Shown here in pieces: positions 1-12,619 of a stretch of 64,000 nucleotides of DNA; within the stretch, counting starts at the first letter, position 1; the number at the start of each line of letters is the position of its first letter. The stretch comes from Dicyema japonicum (Eukaryota > Animalia > Dicyemida). A program made the translations under genes and the position numbers. The stretch is taken from assembly GCA_011109175.1 (NCBI GenBank), contig RDEW01000011.1, positions 1,364,240-1,428,239 of the forward strand, read 5' to 3'. The notes below the pieces were generated by a model. That model was not told the DNA's origin and did no database searches. It saw nothing but the letters and a program-made list of their open reading frames with translations.

Positions 1-15
1 TCAACTAATACAGAT

Positions 16-237
16 ATGAGAAGTCGCAAGGTTTTTATGAACGAAAGTCTATTTATCACTTCGATCAGTAAAAAGAGTTTGAATAGGTGTATACAAAAGT
101 GTTACAACATTTTATTTACTCCCTTTTATTCAACTGACTTGAACCCAATTGAAAACTTTTTTTATTGTGTGAAATCTCGCCTAAATGTAATTAGACCAAG
201 AGTAATAACATCCTATTTCACGGAGCCGTGGTATTAG
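16..237 (+). mobile_element. Tc1/mariner-IS630 DDE transposase fragment
   Basis: ORF contains F-M-N-E-S and TPFYSTDLNPIENFF, matching the PxYSPDLNPIE motif; internally deleted. Confidence 0.55.
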
Positions 238-319
238 CTCCGCATAGGCAAGACACACTTTATTTAAGTAAAGAACAGTTAATTTTAACTAATCGTAGAA
301 CCAAGGAATGATCTTTATT

Positions 320-515
320 TCTTTTTTCATTTTCTTGTGTGTGTGGCCTTTTTTAGACAATCCAGTTTCGCAGTGAGAGCCCACTGATGACGGCGTCACT
401 CGTCAAGCCTTTTTAGCATCGTAGATGCGTGGAACCTTCCACCAGGTGAACAGCAGCGAGATTTGAACCCGTAGCCTAAGTCACTTTAGCCCGACACCTA
501 ACCACTATGCCACCC
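320..515 (-). mobile_element. tRNA-derived SINE
   Basis: Minus strand reads GGGTGGCATAGTGGTTAG (A box) ... GGGTTCAAATCTC (B box), then ACCTGGTGGAAGG, a motif also seen after the B box of the element at 47186; simple-repeat/A-rich tail. Confidence 0.6.
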
Positions 516-539
516 ATTTTTGCCAAAATAATCAGTTAT

Positions 540-2555
540 TTAGTTTGTCGTATATTATTTCATAATTTTAGCCGGAAATCATAGAAGTCTCGCAGCATTT
601 ATAATGCCACATGTGAAATTTTTTCTTCCAAATTGTTTAGCAGATCCTTTGTTTCCTCTACGACATTTTCAATATTCTCCGTTTCTGAATATCCACTATA
701 TTATTTTCAGACTCTTCGCACTCTACATCAATTGTTTCGTCTATAACATGATCTAGAAGTTGATCTGTTAGACAGTCTATCGCATAAGAATCACGGTTCC
801 TGTCGATTCTCTTCCAACAATTAACAATACATGCCGCATCTATTTTCGCCCAACCTTTCGAAATTAGCATGACATGACGCTGTTTAATTTTGCAATAGAA
901 TGTGCAAAATCGTGTTCGACATCTTGAAAACACGAAAAGTCCATTAAGAAACTTGAATAATAATTCTTAACGGCCTTGATTATTCCCATTTCCAATGGTT
1001 GTAAATAGGGCGTTGTATTTTTTAATAAAAATTCGATATTTGAACATTCAAAAACTTTATGGATCCAGCATTGTCAAGCAATAATAATTTTTTCTGTTGT
1101 TTTTGCGAAACAATTCATTTATTAGTGTAAGTCAACTCATAAAAGTCTTTCCAGTCATCCATGCATTTTTTGAAGGCGAATGCAATAACCCAAAATCTTG
1201 GACATCAAAATTTTTTAGGCACCGAGGTTGCTTATACTTTCCAATGATCAATGGGTCAAGTTTTTCTCCAATTAAACTGCAGCATAAAAGAACAGTGAGT
1301 CTTTCTTTTCCTTGTTTATAGCCAAAACACTGTTCGCCTGTTTCGACAAATGATTTTTGGAAGGAATTCTTTTTATAAAAAGCGCGGTTTCACCGCAATT
1401 AAATACATTTTGAGGTCCATATAGATAAATCACATGAGGCCTTTTCTCCACAAATTGAAATCGGAAATTTATCCACCCGAAGTTTTTGAAATACTTCAAA
1501 GACTTGGTCATCAAATTTTTCTTTATCGGCTTTAAATGCCTCATAAAACTCAGAACTAGTATTGCCGCGGTGTAAGAAAGGTACAATATTTAGTTTGATT
1601 CTTGAAATAGTTCCTTGTCTTGTACATTGTGATTAATTGCCTTTCAGATAAATTGTTCCTCATTATTATTATTATTATTTAAGCCAAAGAAACACCGTCT
1701 TAACCAATAACTAATATTCAGGTGATCCCGGCATCTCTCAATAATCGGGCCATTTTTTCTCGATGCTCCGACTGTGATCCCACGCATTTTCTATACGGAC
1801 GGGGGTCTTTTTTCCTTTCCTCTTCTGAAATTGCCTTCAGTTCCCTCTATGATAGACTCGAGTGCTCTGGGGGCAATTTCTTTATCTGTATATTTTTCTA
1901 GTAACTTTTTTGCTCTTGACTGGATATCTTGAATTTTTGTTAGGTTCGTTGCCGACAGGTTAGATCCCCATGCAGCACATGCATAGCCTATCGTTGGCTC
2001 GACATACTGCTTGTAGAGGGTCCCGATACCTGGCGGATACATTCCTCCACAGTTCCAAAGGAAGGCCTTTACAAAATTGATCTTCTTTGCACAAGTTGAT
2101 ATGATAGATTCCACATGGGCTGAGAAGCAGAGGAAAGTATCAAAAGTTACTCCCAGTATCTTCTGCGATTTCTTTTGTGGTATAGGTACTCCATTTAACG
2201 TGACATCAATTGTTTGCGTTCCCATCTTTCTATTCTTAGTAAATAGAGTGACTGCTGACTTTTCGGAACATGCATTTAATCGATTCTCGCACAACCATCC
2301 AAATTTTTTAGCAATTTTCAATTTAGTTTCGTAATCCATAACCACAACAAAATTGAAAATAAAACAAAAAATAATTAATTTATTATAATTTTATTATCTT
2401 AAAAATTTTAAATAAATTATTTTACGGTGGCCCAAAATTTCCATAATTTTATATTGATTTTTCATTTATTCTGCCAAAATGTTGATTTAAAAAAAAGTGC
2501 CCCCAAATCCGACGCTGCCCCACCCCTGGGTCTGCCCCATTTTGGGGTCGGACTG
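540..2555 (-). mobile_element. Tigger/pogo DNA transposon remnant, interrupted by a LINE fragment
   Basis: Frameshifted DDE_1 motifs NVFNCGETALF, KERLTVLLCC, GEKLDPLIIGK, NAWMT, LLDNA, TTPYLQPL; terminal TA-CAGTCCGACCCC on minus at 2557-2544; homologous to 19448-20374; left boundary approximate. Confidence 0.75.
1660..2345 (-). mobile_element. 5'-truncated LINE (RT thumb/C-terminus, 3' UTR, (TAA)n tail)
   Basis: ORF 1791-2345 has KILGVTFD and LYKQYVEPTIGYACAAW; 3' UTR motif GCCGGGATCACCT; (TAA)n tail at ~1662-1680. Confidence 0.8.
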
Positions 2556-2557
2556 TA

Positions 2558-3395
2558 GTCCTTGATCTTGCTTCCAAGATTATTTGAATAAAGTAGCTGT
2601 CGGCATTCTCCAGCGAACTGAAGCTATCCAAGTAACAATTCTTCGTTTTATCTTCTGAGATTTCACGATACAATTTCCAGTTAGCACCTTAGTAATTGTA
2701 GCTGCTAGGAATTCTCCTCACGTTGGCTTCTCTTTTGATCTTCACCACAATTGGATTATGGTCGCTTCTTGTTTCGTAGAGGACTGAACAATCAATTTTT
2801 GATGAAAGCGACGATGAGCAGAATGTTACGTCCGGTGAGGTAGGTTTATCTGTCTCTCTCAGTGGTGTCCTTGTATTTATCGATGGATCATTCAATATCG
2901 TTAAGGAGTCCGTTTGCGATGATAATAGTTTCCCTCTCATGTCAACTAGTTGAGTTGACAGCCATAAGGGTTGCTTCGCATTCAAATCCCCGCAGATGAT
3001 GAAGACAGTCTTGATATGTTTGGCATAACATAGCTCTTCGGGCAGGAACCAGGAGGCGGATCGTAGATATTCACAAGGAATAGTCTTCCTTCCGTTGTCC
3101 CGAGCGAGATTCCAATTATTTCTGTTACATCATCCCCAGCAAGTTTCCTCACTTCCGAGGAGATTTCTCTGCATTTCAAGTTCTTTTTTAATAGAGTGAG
3201 CAGACCTCCTCTTCTTTTTTCTCTACGGTCTTTCCTGATAGCTTGGGAATGTAGGGGTAGGGTCATTTAAAGAGATTTTGGTCTCTTAAATCATCGCAAA
3301 GTTAATATTTTGACGAGCCAGGAGTGAGCGGAGTTCCTCTGATTTTTCCTTTAATTCCATTTTTGTTTAGCTGGAGAGCCGTAAAATGCTTTTCT
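2558..3395 (-). mobile_element. LINE apurinic endonuclease (APE) fragment
   Basis: IRKDRREKRRGGLLTLL, xGDLNAK, TSPDVTF, SDHNPI motifs across frameshifted ORFs. Confidence 0.75.
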
Positions 3396-5338
3396 CTTAG
3401 ATGGACTGAGGATTTTTTCCGGGAAGGTTCGATCTTACCCAAAGCTCAAGATCCTTGAGGGACCCATTTGGAAAAAACGTGGTCACTGATCTAGTTTTTC
3501 CAGCAGTTACTCTTCCTCTTCTTCCATTTAGGAAATTTGCGATCCAGATTTTCAGGTTGTTTGGAATTTTTGACGTAAAAATCTTCCTTGTCAAAAGCTT
3601 TCTTGGGACAGTGTCGAAAGCTTTTTCTATATCGATGGAGCACAACAAAGACTTCTAATGAAGTTTGCGCTTTAGTCCATCCTTGATGAAATTTGTAAGG
3701 CATGCGTTTCTGTGGAGTGTCCTTTTCTGAATCCGTGTAAAAGGTGCATCAGGAGAGTATAATTTGATTAGTTCAAGAATCAGCTATTCCAAAAGTTTTA
3801 ATTTAACACATAGGAGAGATATTGGTCTATATGAGGCTGGTCATCCTTTTGGTCGCTTGGGTTTCAGAATTGGTCGTATGTTTGATAGCTTCCATGTGGA
3901 AGGAATACAATTTTCGTTGATTGAAAAGTTGAAAATTTTTGTGAGGGCCTTGATAGCATAGGGGCCTATGTTTTTCAGAACTATTGCAAAGATTCCGTCC
4001 GGACCACAGTAATAAGTCGACTTTTGACCATATTCTGTACGTTCTCCACAGAGAGGACAATCGGGGATGGCTTTTTTAGGTTTAAGGGCTAGGATGGATG
4101 AACCTTCGAATTCTTTGTGTGGAATGAAACTCGTAGAGGTGTAGTACTTCATAAGTTTGTTTAGGAAGATCTTGTTGTCCATTTCATCACGTGTCGCCGT
4201 GTTTTCAGCGTTAATAAAGCTTCTAAGTGTTTTCCACATTTTTGTAAGGGAGTTCTGCTTGTTTAAATTGGACATGAGGTTTTTCTAAACTTTCTCTTGT
4301 TTCTTCTTTGCATTGTTCCTGATCTCTCTTTCTAATGAACAAATTTTCAATCTTGTTTCTTAGGATTGTATTTGGAGGCTCTTTAGGTAATTTCTTTCTT
4401 TATGAGTGGATCGGCTCTGGGGGAATTCTTTCCTGTTGTCAGTGGCCTTCTTTTAATACAAATTTTCATTCCTCGCGTACCACTCTATTAAATTAGTGTA
4501 GTGCTTTATCGATGGAGTTGAAATTGTATAAATGAAAGTCAAGTAGATAATAGTCGACAAAATTTGAGAACTTTTTCCAGTCGACATTTTTGTAGTCGGT
4601 AAATAAATCAGGTTGCTTTACAATTGACACTCTTCCTTCAAGCGTAATCATAACGGGATTATGGTCACTGCTAATCTCGTATAGCACCGTCCATTTTGTT
4701 AATGTTTCGATGTTTGGTGAGTAAAGAGTGAGATCGGGGGACGATGTCCTGTCATTCGCTCTGTAGGGAGTCCTTGTATTGAATGTAGAGTTGTTTAATA
4801 TTATCAGGTCATCCAGATTCGATAACAATTGGTTTCCTCTGACATCCCATGGTTGGTTCTCGAACCATGTCGGATGCTTTGTATTTAGAGTAACATATTT
4901 TTTGATTTGTCGATGTCTGACAGGGAGAACCTGAATTCCTTGGGCATGAGTTGAGCGGTGGCACATACACATTCAACATGTTTATGTTTCCGATGCTTGT
5001 CTTGACTGAAATACCAATATATTCGACGGGAGACTTGAGGTTGACAAAAGTTTCGTTTGCGTACGGAATTTCTTTTTTGATAAGGGTAAGCAGTCCACCA
5101 CCCCCCAGCTGTGCGGTCGCGCCTGTAACGTGATCGTTTGGGAAGACGGGAGTGGAAGAAGACGGAGTCAGTCTTGTTTCTTGGAGTAGGCAAATGTCAG
5201 TATTATACCTTTTAAGAGGTTTCTGAGTTCGAGGATCTTTCGTTTCACTCCATTTATGTTTAGTTGAATCAAAATAATGGGTTTTCGAGGTCCAGGATTT
5301 GGGTTCACATCGCCGGAAAGCATTAGGTTGGCTTCCAT
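3396..5338 (-). mobile_element. Ingi/Vingi-like LINE 5' portion: 2A-like leader, APE and RT N-half (degenerate)
   Basis: ATG 5338 gives MEANLMLSGDVNPNPGP-RKPIILIQLNINGV; then SSPDLTL and SDHNPV (APE); GPDGI, PSTWKLSNIRPILKP, SIDIEKAFDTVPR (RT). Clade assignment is inferred. Confidence 0.8.
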
Positions 5339-5339
5339 G

Positions 5340-5467
5340 ATAATGTATATATTTGAATAAATTGTTGTCGAAAAAAAATTTAATTATTTTATTAAATTTT
5401 ATTAATTATTTAAATATTAGCCGCCGAAAAATATTATTTTTTGTTGTCAAATATTTTTTATGAATAA
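5340..5467. promoter_or_regulatory. AT-rich tract between the divergent LINE 5' end and XRCC2 (putative promoter)
   Basis: Near-pure A/T tract; similar tracts lie directly upstream of the DnaJ (~11930-12020), CAPZB (~24000-24110), RUVBL1 (~37400-37450), cytochrome c (~47110-47160) and DDX27 (~51895-51950) genes. Confidence 0.45.
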
Positions 5468-6020
5468 ATGGAAACTGGGAGTCAAGTATAATATATTAAA
5501 ATTTTAGTTACTCCAACGAGTACTTCATTCGTCAGATTTGTCAAATATCTGTCCCGAAGTCTTTAACGAATCTCCACTTCAAGCTTATAATTTATTAATG
5601 ATTTGTGGCCCTTCAAACAGTGGGAAATCTCTCTTCATTCGTAAAATTATAAAAGACTGCGGAAATATCAAAACACTTCTTATATCGAACAGTTCCAATG
5701 ACTGCAATTCAGTTCTGAGGCCGACGTCCCCTTCCGATGAACTTATTGGTCTATACCGACTAACTCTCATCAAACCAGACATTGAAGTACTCATAATTGA
5801 CTCTCTAACCAAAATCCCCGAGTCTATAATAAGGTCCCTCGTTGGAAGTGGGCTTTTAGTAATAATGGTGAACTATTATAGTGCTAGTGGGGTTTGGAGA
5901 AGAATGGTTACTCACTCGGTTGAGACCGCTGTTAATGAAGGAATCTTGACAGTTACTAATAAACAGACAAATAAGCAAATTCAATTTAAAATAACTAAAA
6001 ATGGACTGTTTTGTGATTAA
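5468..6020 (+). CDS. XRCC2: RAD51 paralog XRCC2, compact (~176 aa); exons 5468-5485 and 5508-6020
   Basis: Removing the 22-nt intron 5486-5507 gives METGSQLLQRVLHSSDLSNICPEVF (cf. XRCC2 [24 protein letters not shown]); Walker A GPSNSGKS; Walker B VLIIDSL; C-terminal WRRMVTH...FKITKNGLFC. Confidence 0.75.
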
Positions 6021-7649
6021 ATTTTTAAAATTAGTGCTTTTAACCAATCTCTCTTTTGAATTACTCGTAGAAAGTATCGATTGATTGAATATTTGAGAAT
6101 ACCTCTCTACTTGTCCCTTAATCCATGGACAGTTTAGTCTCCCTAATACACGTTTGATGTTGAATTTTACACAATTTTTCCATCTTTGAATTTTTAGATT
6201 GTACGTTGAATGACTGAATGTCGATTAAATAAAATTCTTCAAGTTATGAAATTTCTTATGCAGATTTGGTTTTGACTAACACTCCGTATTTCGAAACGTA
6301 TCAAACCATGAATACGAATCGTTAATTTCATAATCTCTCCTTATATCCACGAGATCTGTAAATATATGCCTGGGTCTTTGCGATTATTGGAGTAAATGAA
6401 GGTCTCTTGGAAATTGATCACGACCGAAATGAGAGGAGATTATTCCCAGGGAGATATGGAGATTCCAATTCCTCGTGTTAGCTTTCCAGACTAATCCCTT
6501 TTTGGTAACTTCCAGGTATTAAGGGAAAATTCCAGCATCATCCCTTTCTACCGTCGTGTGGAAACTGGATGTCCTCTGTTCCTTTTACAATCTCTCCGAG
6601 TTGACAGTAAATTACATTTTTGAATGTCCTGAATTAGTACACTGTACGTCTACAATGCCACGACTGCCCGATCTATGTGAGCGACTAACATTTGCTGCGT
6701 CCTACTTTTCTCCTAAAAGTTAGTGAGGACGGAGTTATTTAGCTAACTAAGAATAATTGGAAATTCCACGAATTCTATTACTAAATTTCTGCTAAATGGG
6801 GTCCCACAGGAATAACACTGGTTCTCGCATATCGTGACGATATAATCGTCGCAAGAAGAGACCACCATATTCACCCAGTTGGTAGCCGCTTACAAGATTT
6901 ACTGGACAGCTTGAGCAGTTGGCTTAAATTAGCCATCCTTCTTGGTGCCTCCTCCCCCATTTTGTTATCAAAGATCTGATGACACATAAGAAGGGAAGCG
7001 ATTTTAGATTCTACGATCTCCAAGGTTTCAATCACTACGGGTATTGATTTAACCTAGTCTGTTCAAACCAAGGCTCTGGATTGTTATGACCTGTACTCTG
7101 ACTCCTCAGATAACATGGAGACCTGAATGGCTAAAAAGACTCCCTTTCCTTCAAGAAAAGTGTGTGGAGTTAGAGGGGATGGATCCCTCCCTTTAGTAAA
7201 TCCTTAAAGAGTACATGCGGACAAACTTAAGAATGTGTAAAATAATACTTGGATAAATACTGTTGAGAATGCTTGGGAGATGTAGGTTTGAGGAGAATCA
7301 GTTTCTCCTTAAACAGAGGATCAACAGTCTCCTACACTAAGAACGACCACTAAGAACTGGTCCAATTATTGATTAAAAATGTTCAATTTTTTTGCTGTAG
7401 ATCTTATTAGTAAGCACAGCCTAACAAGGTCACATTGAGATCTATTAGTTAGCGAATTTAATGGAGAATACTAAGAAACGAGGTTTCTAAAACCACCACC
7501 CTAAGTTCTGTATTTGGGGACAAAATATCCTCATGAGACACGCGTAACAAATGGGGACTCGAATAGGGCAGTAGAATGGAGATAGAAGTCGTGCTCAGAA
7601 AGCCTCATCAAAATGAAAAAAATGAAAAATTGAAAAATCAACATGTTAC

Positions 7650-10600
7650 GAAATAGGTACTACTAAGTCCGCCTGTTAGGCCTGGACTGTTCATCCCGGT
7701 ACCCCTTTTCTAAGTAATCCATCATATGTCTATTTAATTTAGCGTCCTGATTCGAATATCATCCCTGATCGGCCTGACAAGTTTGTTCTCTTCCTCTGTC
7801 AGGCCTTCATACAATTTCTTCCAGAGGGCTAGTTTTATTGCCGCCCGCCGTGTTTTCTCCAGTCGGGCGAGAATCCTTTCTTTCGAGGGGGTATAGAACC
7901 ATGCTTATCCTCAAGTAACTGGATTTTTCCGTCGAGAGTTTCATGCCTCTCCGATCGCATCAACCCTGGACTTCGTCGATAAACGCTCCTAGTCGCCGCT
8001 CTGAGATGTATGCCTTCAGAGATGAATCCAGGATTAAAATGTCGTCCGCGTAAATCATTAGTTTGGTCCTGACGTTCTGCGGAGACGGAAAATCTTCCAT
8101 AAATATGTTAAATAACAGTGGACTAAAATAGATCCCTGTGGCACTCCTCTTTTAAACGACATTCCATCCGAATAACTTCCACCGACTACCACGTGAGATA
8201 TCCTCCCAGTTAAATAGTCCTTCAGCCATAGGAACATTTTTTAATATTTTATAACGTACTAGCCGACAAAATAGGCCTTGTGCCATACACTGTCGAACGC
8301 CTTTGATATGTCGAGACAAATAAGGCTCTTCTCAAATGTATTTATAATTTCGAAGTTTAGTGAGTAAATACAATTTCCACATGATCTTCCCGGGCGTAAA
8401 CCAAATTGATCAGGTCGTAGAAAGTTGATCTCCTTCATATATCATTTCAATCTCTTGAATACAATACGTTCCATAATTTTTGATGTAGAACATTTAAGCT
8501 TATTGGCCTATAACTGAGAGGATCCTTCCTCGTTTTTCCAGGTTTGAGGATCATCTTCACAATAGATCGTTTCCATAAAAGAAAAACGTGTCCGAGCCTA
8601 AAACTCGAATCATATATCCTTCGTAGATCAGACAATAATTCATTAGATCTTTCTTTGAACATAATCATAGGATGCCATCAAATCCTGGAGCCTTGTTTTG
8701 CATTCGCGAATGCTGTTCTGACTTCTGCCATTGTGACTTTCTGCCAAAGTACCCAGATCTTCCATAGAGTAATCCATGAAATTAGGCAACTTCTCAGAAA
8801 ATTTTTCATGTATGACACGAATAGGATCGACATCCTGTATTTTCTAGTTGATTTCTGAATACTGAAGGAACTTTTTCCATTGGAATTGTCCTTCCCTTTT
8901 GATCGGCAGTTCAATGTTTTTTGCTTTTAATTTCCCATTTGTTAGCCTCCTGTACATTTTCCAGAAACAAGGGTTTTTCCAGTTAACATTAGAGGCTGCA
9001 TTCTTCAATTTATTTTCGGCGTTTACTCTCCAAGCTTCTTGTAGCATTTTTGATCACATCAATTCTATATTTCAGATTTTCCTGTCCCACAGATCAATAC
9101 ATCGTCTGTGCTTCGCCTTCAGAGTATTTCTCTCGCGAATAAGATCCCATATTAAGGTGGGCAAGAATCTTTGTTCTTCAGAAAGCTCTTCGAGTAAACC
9201 TTCCTTCCATATAATCGTAGATACGTCAGCATAGTGTTGGATAATTCCCAGTTGAAAACGTCCAACTCATTAGGTGTAGAAAAAGAATTAGTCTTCAATA
9301 ATAAAGTCTCAGACAAATAATGACGATAATGCACCCAGTCTATCGACGAGGTATCGTAGTATGAGAAAATATTTTCTGCAATGTTTGGTTTTAGGTTTAT
9401 AGTTATTTCCTGAGGAATATGATTACTCCCTATGTTCCAAAGCAACATTGGTCTGTCCACATGATCTAGGAGCTGTGGAGATACTAGAATCAATCCCAAC
9501 ATGTCAGCTCCGTTGTATGAGAAATGGTTAGGTTCTTCAGACGTCAAGACTTCAACTCCAATTTCGCTATCGTCCGTCCCCGTTGTTTTTGCAACATCCG
9601 TAGCTCATATTCTTAGCATTCAGGACTCCTACCAAGATCGACATAGGGTTTGTTTCGAAAAATTGAACAATTTTCGCAGAAGATCGGGCCAAGTCCTTAG
9701 AGTATATAGCCCTCCTACGCTTATCCATGTTCTTACTACCAAGACATCCACCTTGGCAATCCTCACAAGTAGTGCTAGTTCATCATGCCTTTTCACCAGG
9801 GAGCGGGCATTCACCAGCACTATTTTCAAATTTCTTTTCATTGTTTTTGTTGATGGTCTGCGCTCTCCACAGCCAGGTCCACCAGACTCCAAAAATCCAC
9901 TTTCAGCATTTTACATAGATTGTTCAGACCTGAGACAATTTCATTTAGCTCCCGAGACACCGACTCGGGGACTCCTGCCTTGCTCTGCTCATGTTTATGT
10001 TTGGCGCTCCGATCCACCGATCCATCATGAGTATGTGAACTATTGGTTCTCATAATCTCTTCTGTCTGTTTGACCATCTCGGAAACTTCTGACTCCCTCT
10101 GCAAATTTTTCCTTTTAGCGCTCCGCTCCACCGGCCCATCAAGAGTATGTGAAATATTGGTCCACTTCATTTCTTGCGTTGGCTTGATTCCTTCTTTTCT
10201 AGAAACTGTTTGTCTGGAGATCATTTTCTGGATGCCTCTCTTATAGCCGGACATCCTCTATAGCGGGCATTATGTCCTGGTCCACCACAATTGATACAAT
10301 TGGTCTTCCACGTTCGATGAATATTCACACAAGAAGATCATGTTCCCCTCCACACTTGATGCATCTCTTCTTTTCCTGCAATGTGCGGCGATGTGGCAAA
10401 TTCGTTCACAGTTGTAGCAGATAGGAGGGGGTATCTTCATCCACTCACACAGGATCTTGTTCGATCCAATGTAGAAACCATAACGTATCAGCGATGTGGC
10501 CTCCGCATTACTACTAACCGAGGCTCTTGCCATAGGCATAGGCTGCGATCCTCTTGACATTCGGGTTCCCTTCGAGGTTAAGGGTGCCATCTCCTGAAGG

Positions 10601-11150
10601 TAATCAATGAGGTCGTTCTCACTCAGCCAGAAAGGGAAGTTCCTGAGGACAATCTCACAAGGTCTTGTTATGAGCGTTCTGAAGTGGTGGTTGTCAGATC
10701 CAAAAGGACAGGTCTCATTTATGGCCTCGATATATTCGGCCATGTGGTTATTGTCGCGGAAGTCCAGTCGGAAGAAGCCCGGTCCTTTGTGGCTCATCCT
10801 CAAAGATCCATATTGATCATAACGGTAATCTCAGGTTTCGTTACAGTCCATGAACTGGTTTTCGAAAGGAAATCAGAAAAATTCCCGGAAGACCCTAGTA
10901 GTTACTGATTAATTATCCCACTGCTCACCATCGCTGTAATAATAGAAAAAGTGATACTCCAAAGGCGAGCCCAGGATTTCATAATGAGACACCCTTTCGG
11001 GTATTATAACGTGGTTCCGTAAGGGGAGATTCTAAGGTGACTACATCTGGAAGTTTAGTGCTCAGATGCTTAATCAAGCGAAAATGATACAATGAACCTT
11101 GGTATTGTTCTTAGGGAGGACTGGGTTTTGACTCTATTTGGCATGATTTT
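7650..11150 (-). mobile_element. Two-ORF non-LTR retrotransposon (gag-like CCHC ORF1, APE-RT ORF2), degenerate
   Basis: ORF1 CYNCERICHIAAHC knuckle; LKIVLVNARSL and IGSNHIP (APE); SYRPISL, LDISKAFDSVWH, GVPQGSILSPLLFNIFM, IYADD (RT); same family as 59450-62900; ends approximate. Confidence 0.85.
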
Positions 11151-11589
11151 TAAATATTCCCTCGCTGAAGCGGTAATTTTCCAGGAACTCTGGAACTGAA
11201 TCTCAGGTTCTTAAAGGACGGATAATCTATAAGTCATGACATCAAAATGTCGTGAGATAAAAAAGAAGCCATGGATGCCAAAATAGCTGATTCGATAGCA
11301 GAAGGCTCAGATTGAGACTTATTAGTTCTTAACTCCCTTAGATATTTCGTATTCTAATGCCTAGAGTGACCAATTATAAAGTTCATATGGCGGTCACAGG
11401 GAAGATTAACCATCTTGGGGGTACTTTCAACTCCAAATTTACTTTCCTGGAGCACTCTGTTCTCATCAAAAAAGGCGGCCTGTGAAACACGTAAGAGCTT
11501 TTAACAACGTGTCCATTCAAAATGGCCTCTAATTAATTTTTTCAGGTTTTGGGTTAGTCATCAATAAACATAACGAGATTTTAGCGAAA

Positions 11590-11775
11590 CGACATCTTTA
11601 GGTAAAAAAGTCATCTTTTTTAAATCTTATAAAAATTGATTTTAAGGGATTTTAGGGGTAAGTTGTACATTTTACCAAGGTCCTCGACATCTTTAGATAA
11701 AAAAGTCATCTTTTTTAAATCTTATAAAAATTGATTTTAACGGGTCCTATGGGTAAGTGGAACATTTTACCAAGG
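11590..11775. repeat. Two-copy ~95-bp tandem repeat
   Basis: Unit CGACATCTTTAG...TTTTACCAAGG starts at 11590 and again at 11685, with several mismatches. Confidence 0.85.
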
Positions 11776-12026
11776 TTTAAATTAAATTTTATTTCAAAAC
11801 AACCGTTAATCAGGAAAACAAAGTGATCCGACTTGCAATAGTCCTAATTGTGAGAAGAAACTAAGGAAACTTATTTTAGAGGAAGTAAAACTCAAAATTT
11901 GTTTTTGGAGGTAATAAAAAAATTTGTATAATACAGTTTAATAATTAAAATTATTAAAATTTTTAAATTTATTTTAAATAAATTAATAAATTAAAATAAT
12001 ATATTTTAAATTTACTTGAATACAAA

Positions 12027-12581
12027 ATGAATGTGATACTGATGTTAGTTGTTTTTACGTCATCAAACAAATTTGACGACCTTTACAAATTCATGGGAAT
12101 TCCAAAGACCGCAACCCAAACAGAAATTAGGTCAGCCTATCGTAAATTGGCTCTAAAATATCACCCTGATAAAGTCCCCCTTGAAGAGCAAGAAAATGCC
12201 ACAGAGATCATTATGGACCTTTACTTTGGTATAATGTTTGGTCGTTAATTGCAAGTAAATGACATTCTATCGGATCCTGAGAAGAGACAGACTACGATAA
12301 ATTCGGAATCGGAGCCTTCATCCAATCAGAAAAGGATAACAGTTACTACTCGATGTTCAAGGATGCCTTCTACAATTTTTATTATCAGATTTTCAACGAC
12401 AATGATGACTTTTATGTTGATCCTCGCTTTTTTGGCTTCGGATTCGAAAACAAGTTTTATGTTCACAAAAGAGTGGGTTTGTCCCCATTTTAGTAAACTT
12501 GTAGGGAAGGGGCAAAATTGCCATATAAGTAGATTTCCTGATGGGAAGACTAGGATTGTTGTTCAAACAATATGTACTTAA
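12027..12581 (+). CDS. Signal-peptide J-domain protein, DNAJB9/ERdj4-like (frameshifted in this consensus)
   Basis: Hydrophobic N-terminus; [15 protein letters not shown]; 27-nt phase-1 intron 12229-12255 leads to [11 protein letters not shown]; YDKFG follows after a 1-nt deletion; F/G-rich middle; C-terminal C-x-C pair (QNCHISR...QTICT). Confidence 0.7.
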
Positions 12582-12619
12582 CTCTTTTTTATGTTTTTAT
12601 TAAAATAATTTTGTGTATT

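Noticed and set aside
345-415. Hammerhead-like core in the SINE body (minus: TTGACGA-G...C-GAAAC-TGGATT-GTC)
   Set aside because: C3 is replaced, stem II is branched and no stem I can form because the flanks are a direct repeat (CTAAAAAGGC); an Infernal search would be needed to revive it
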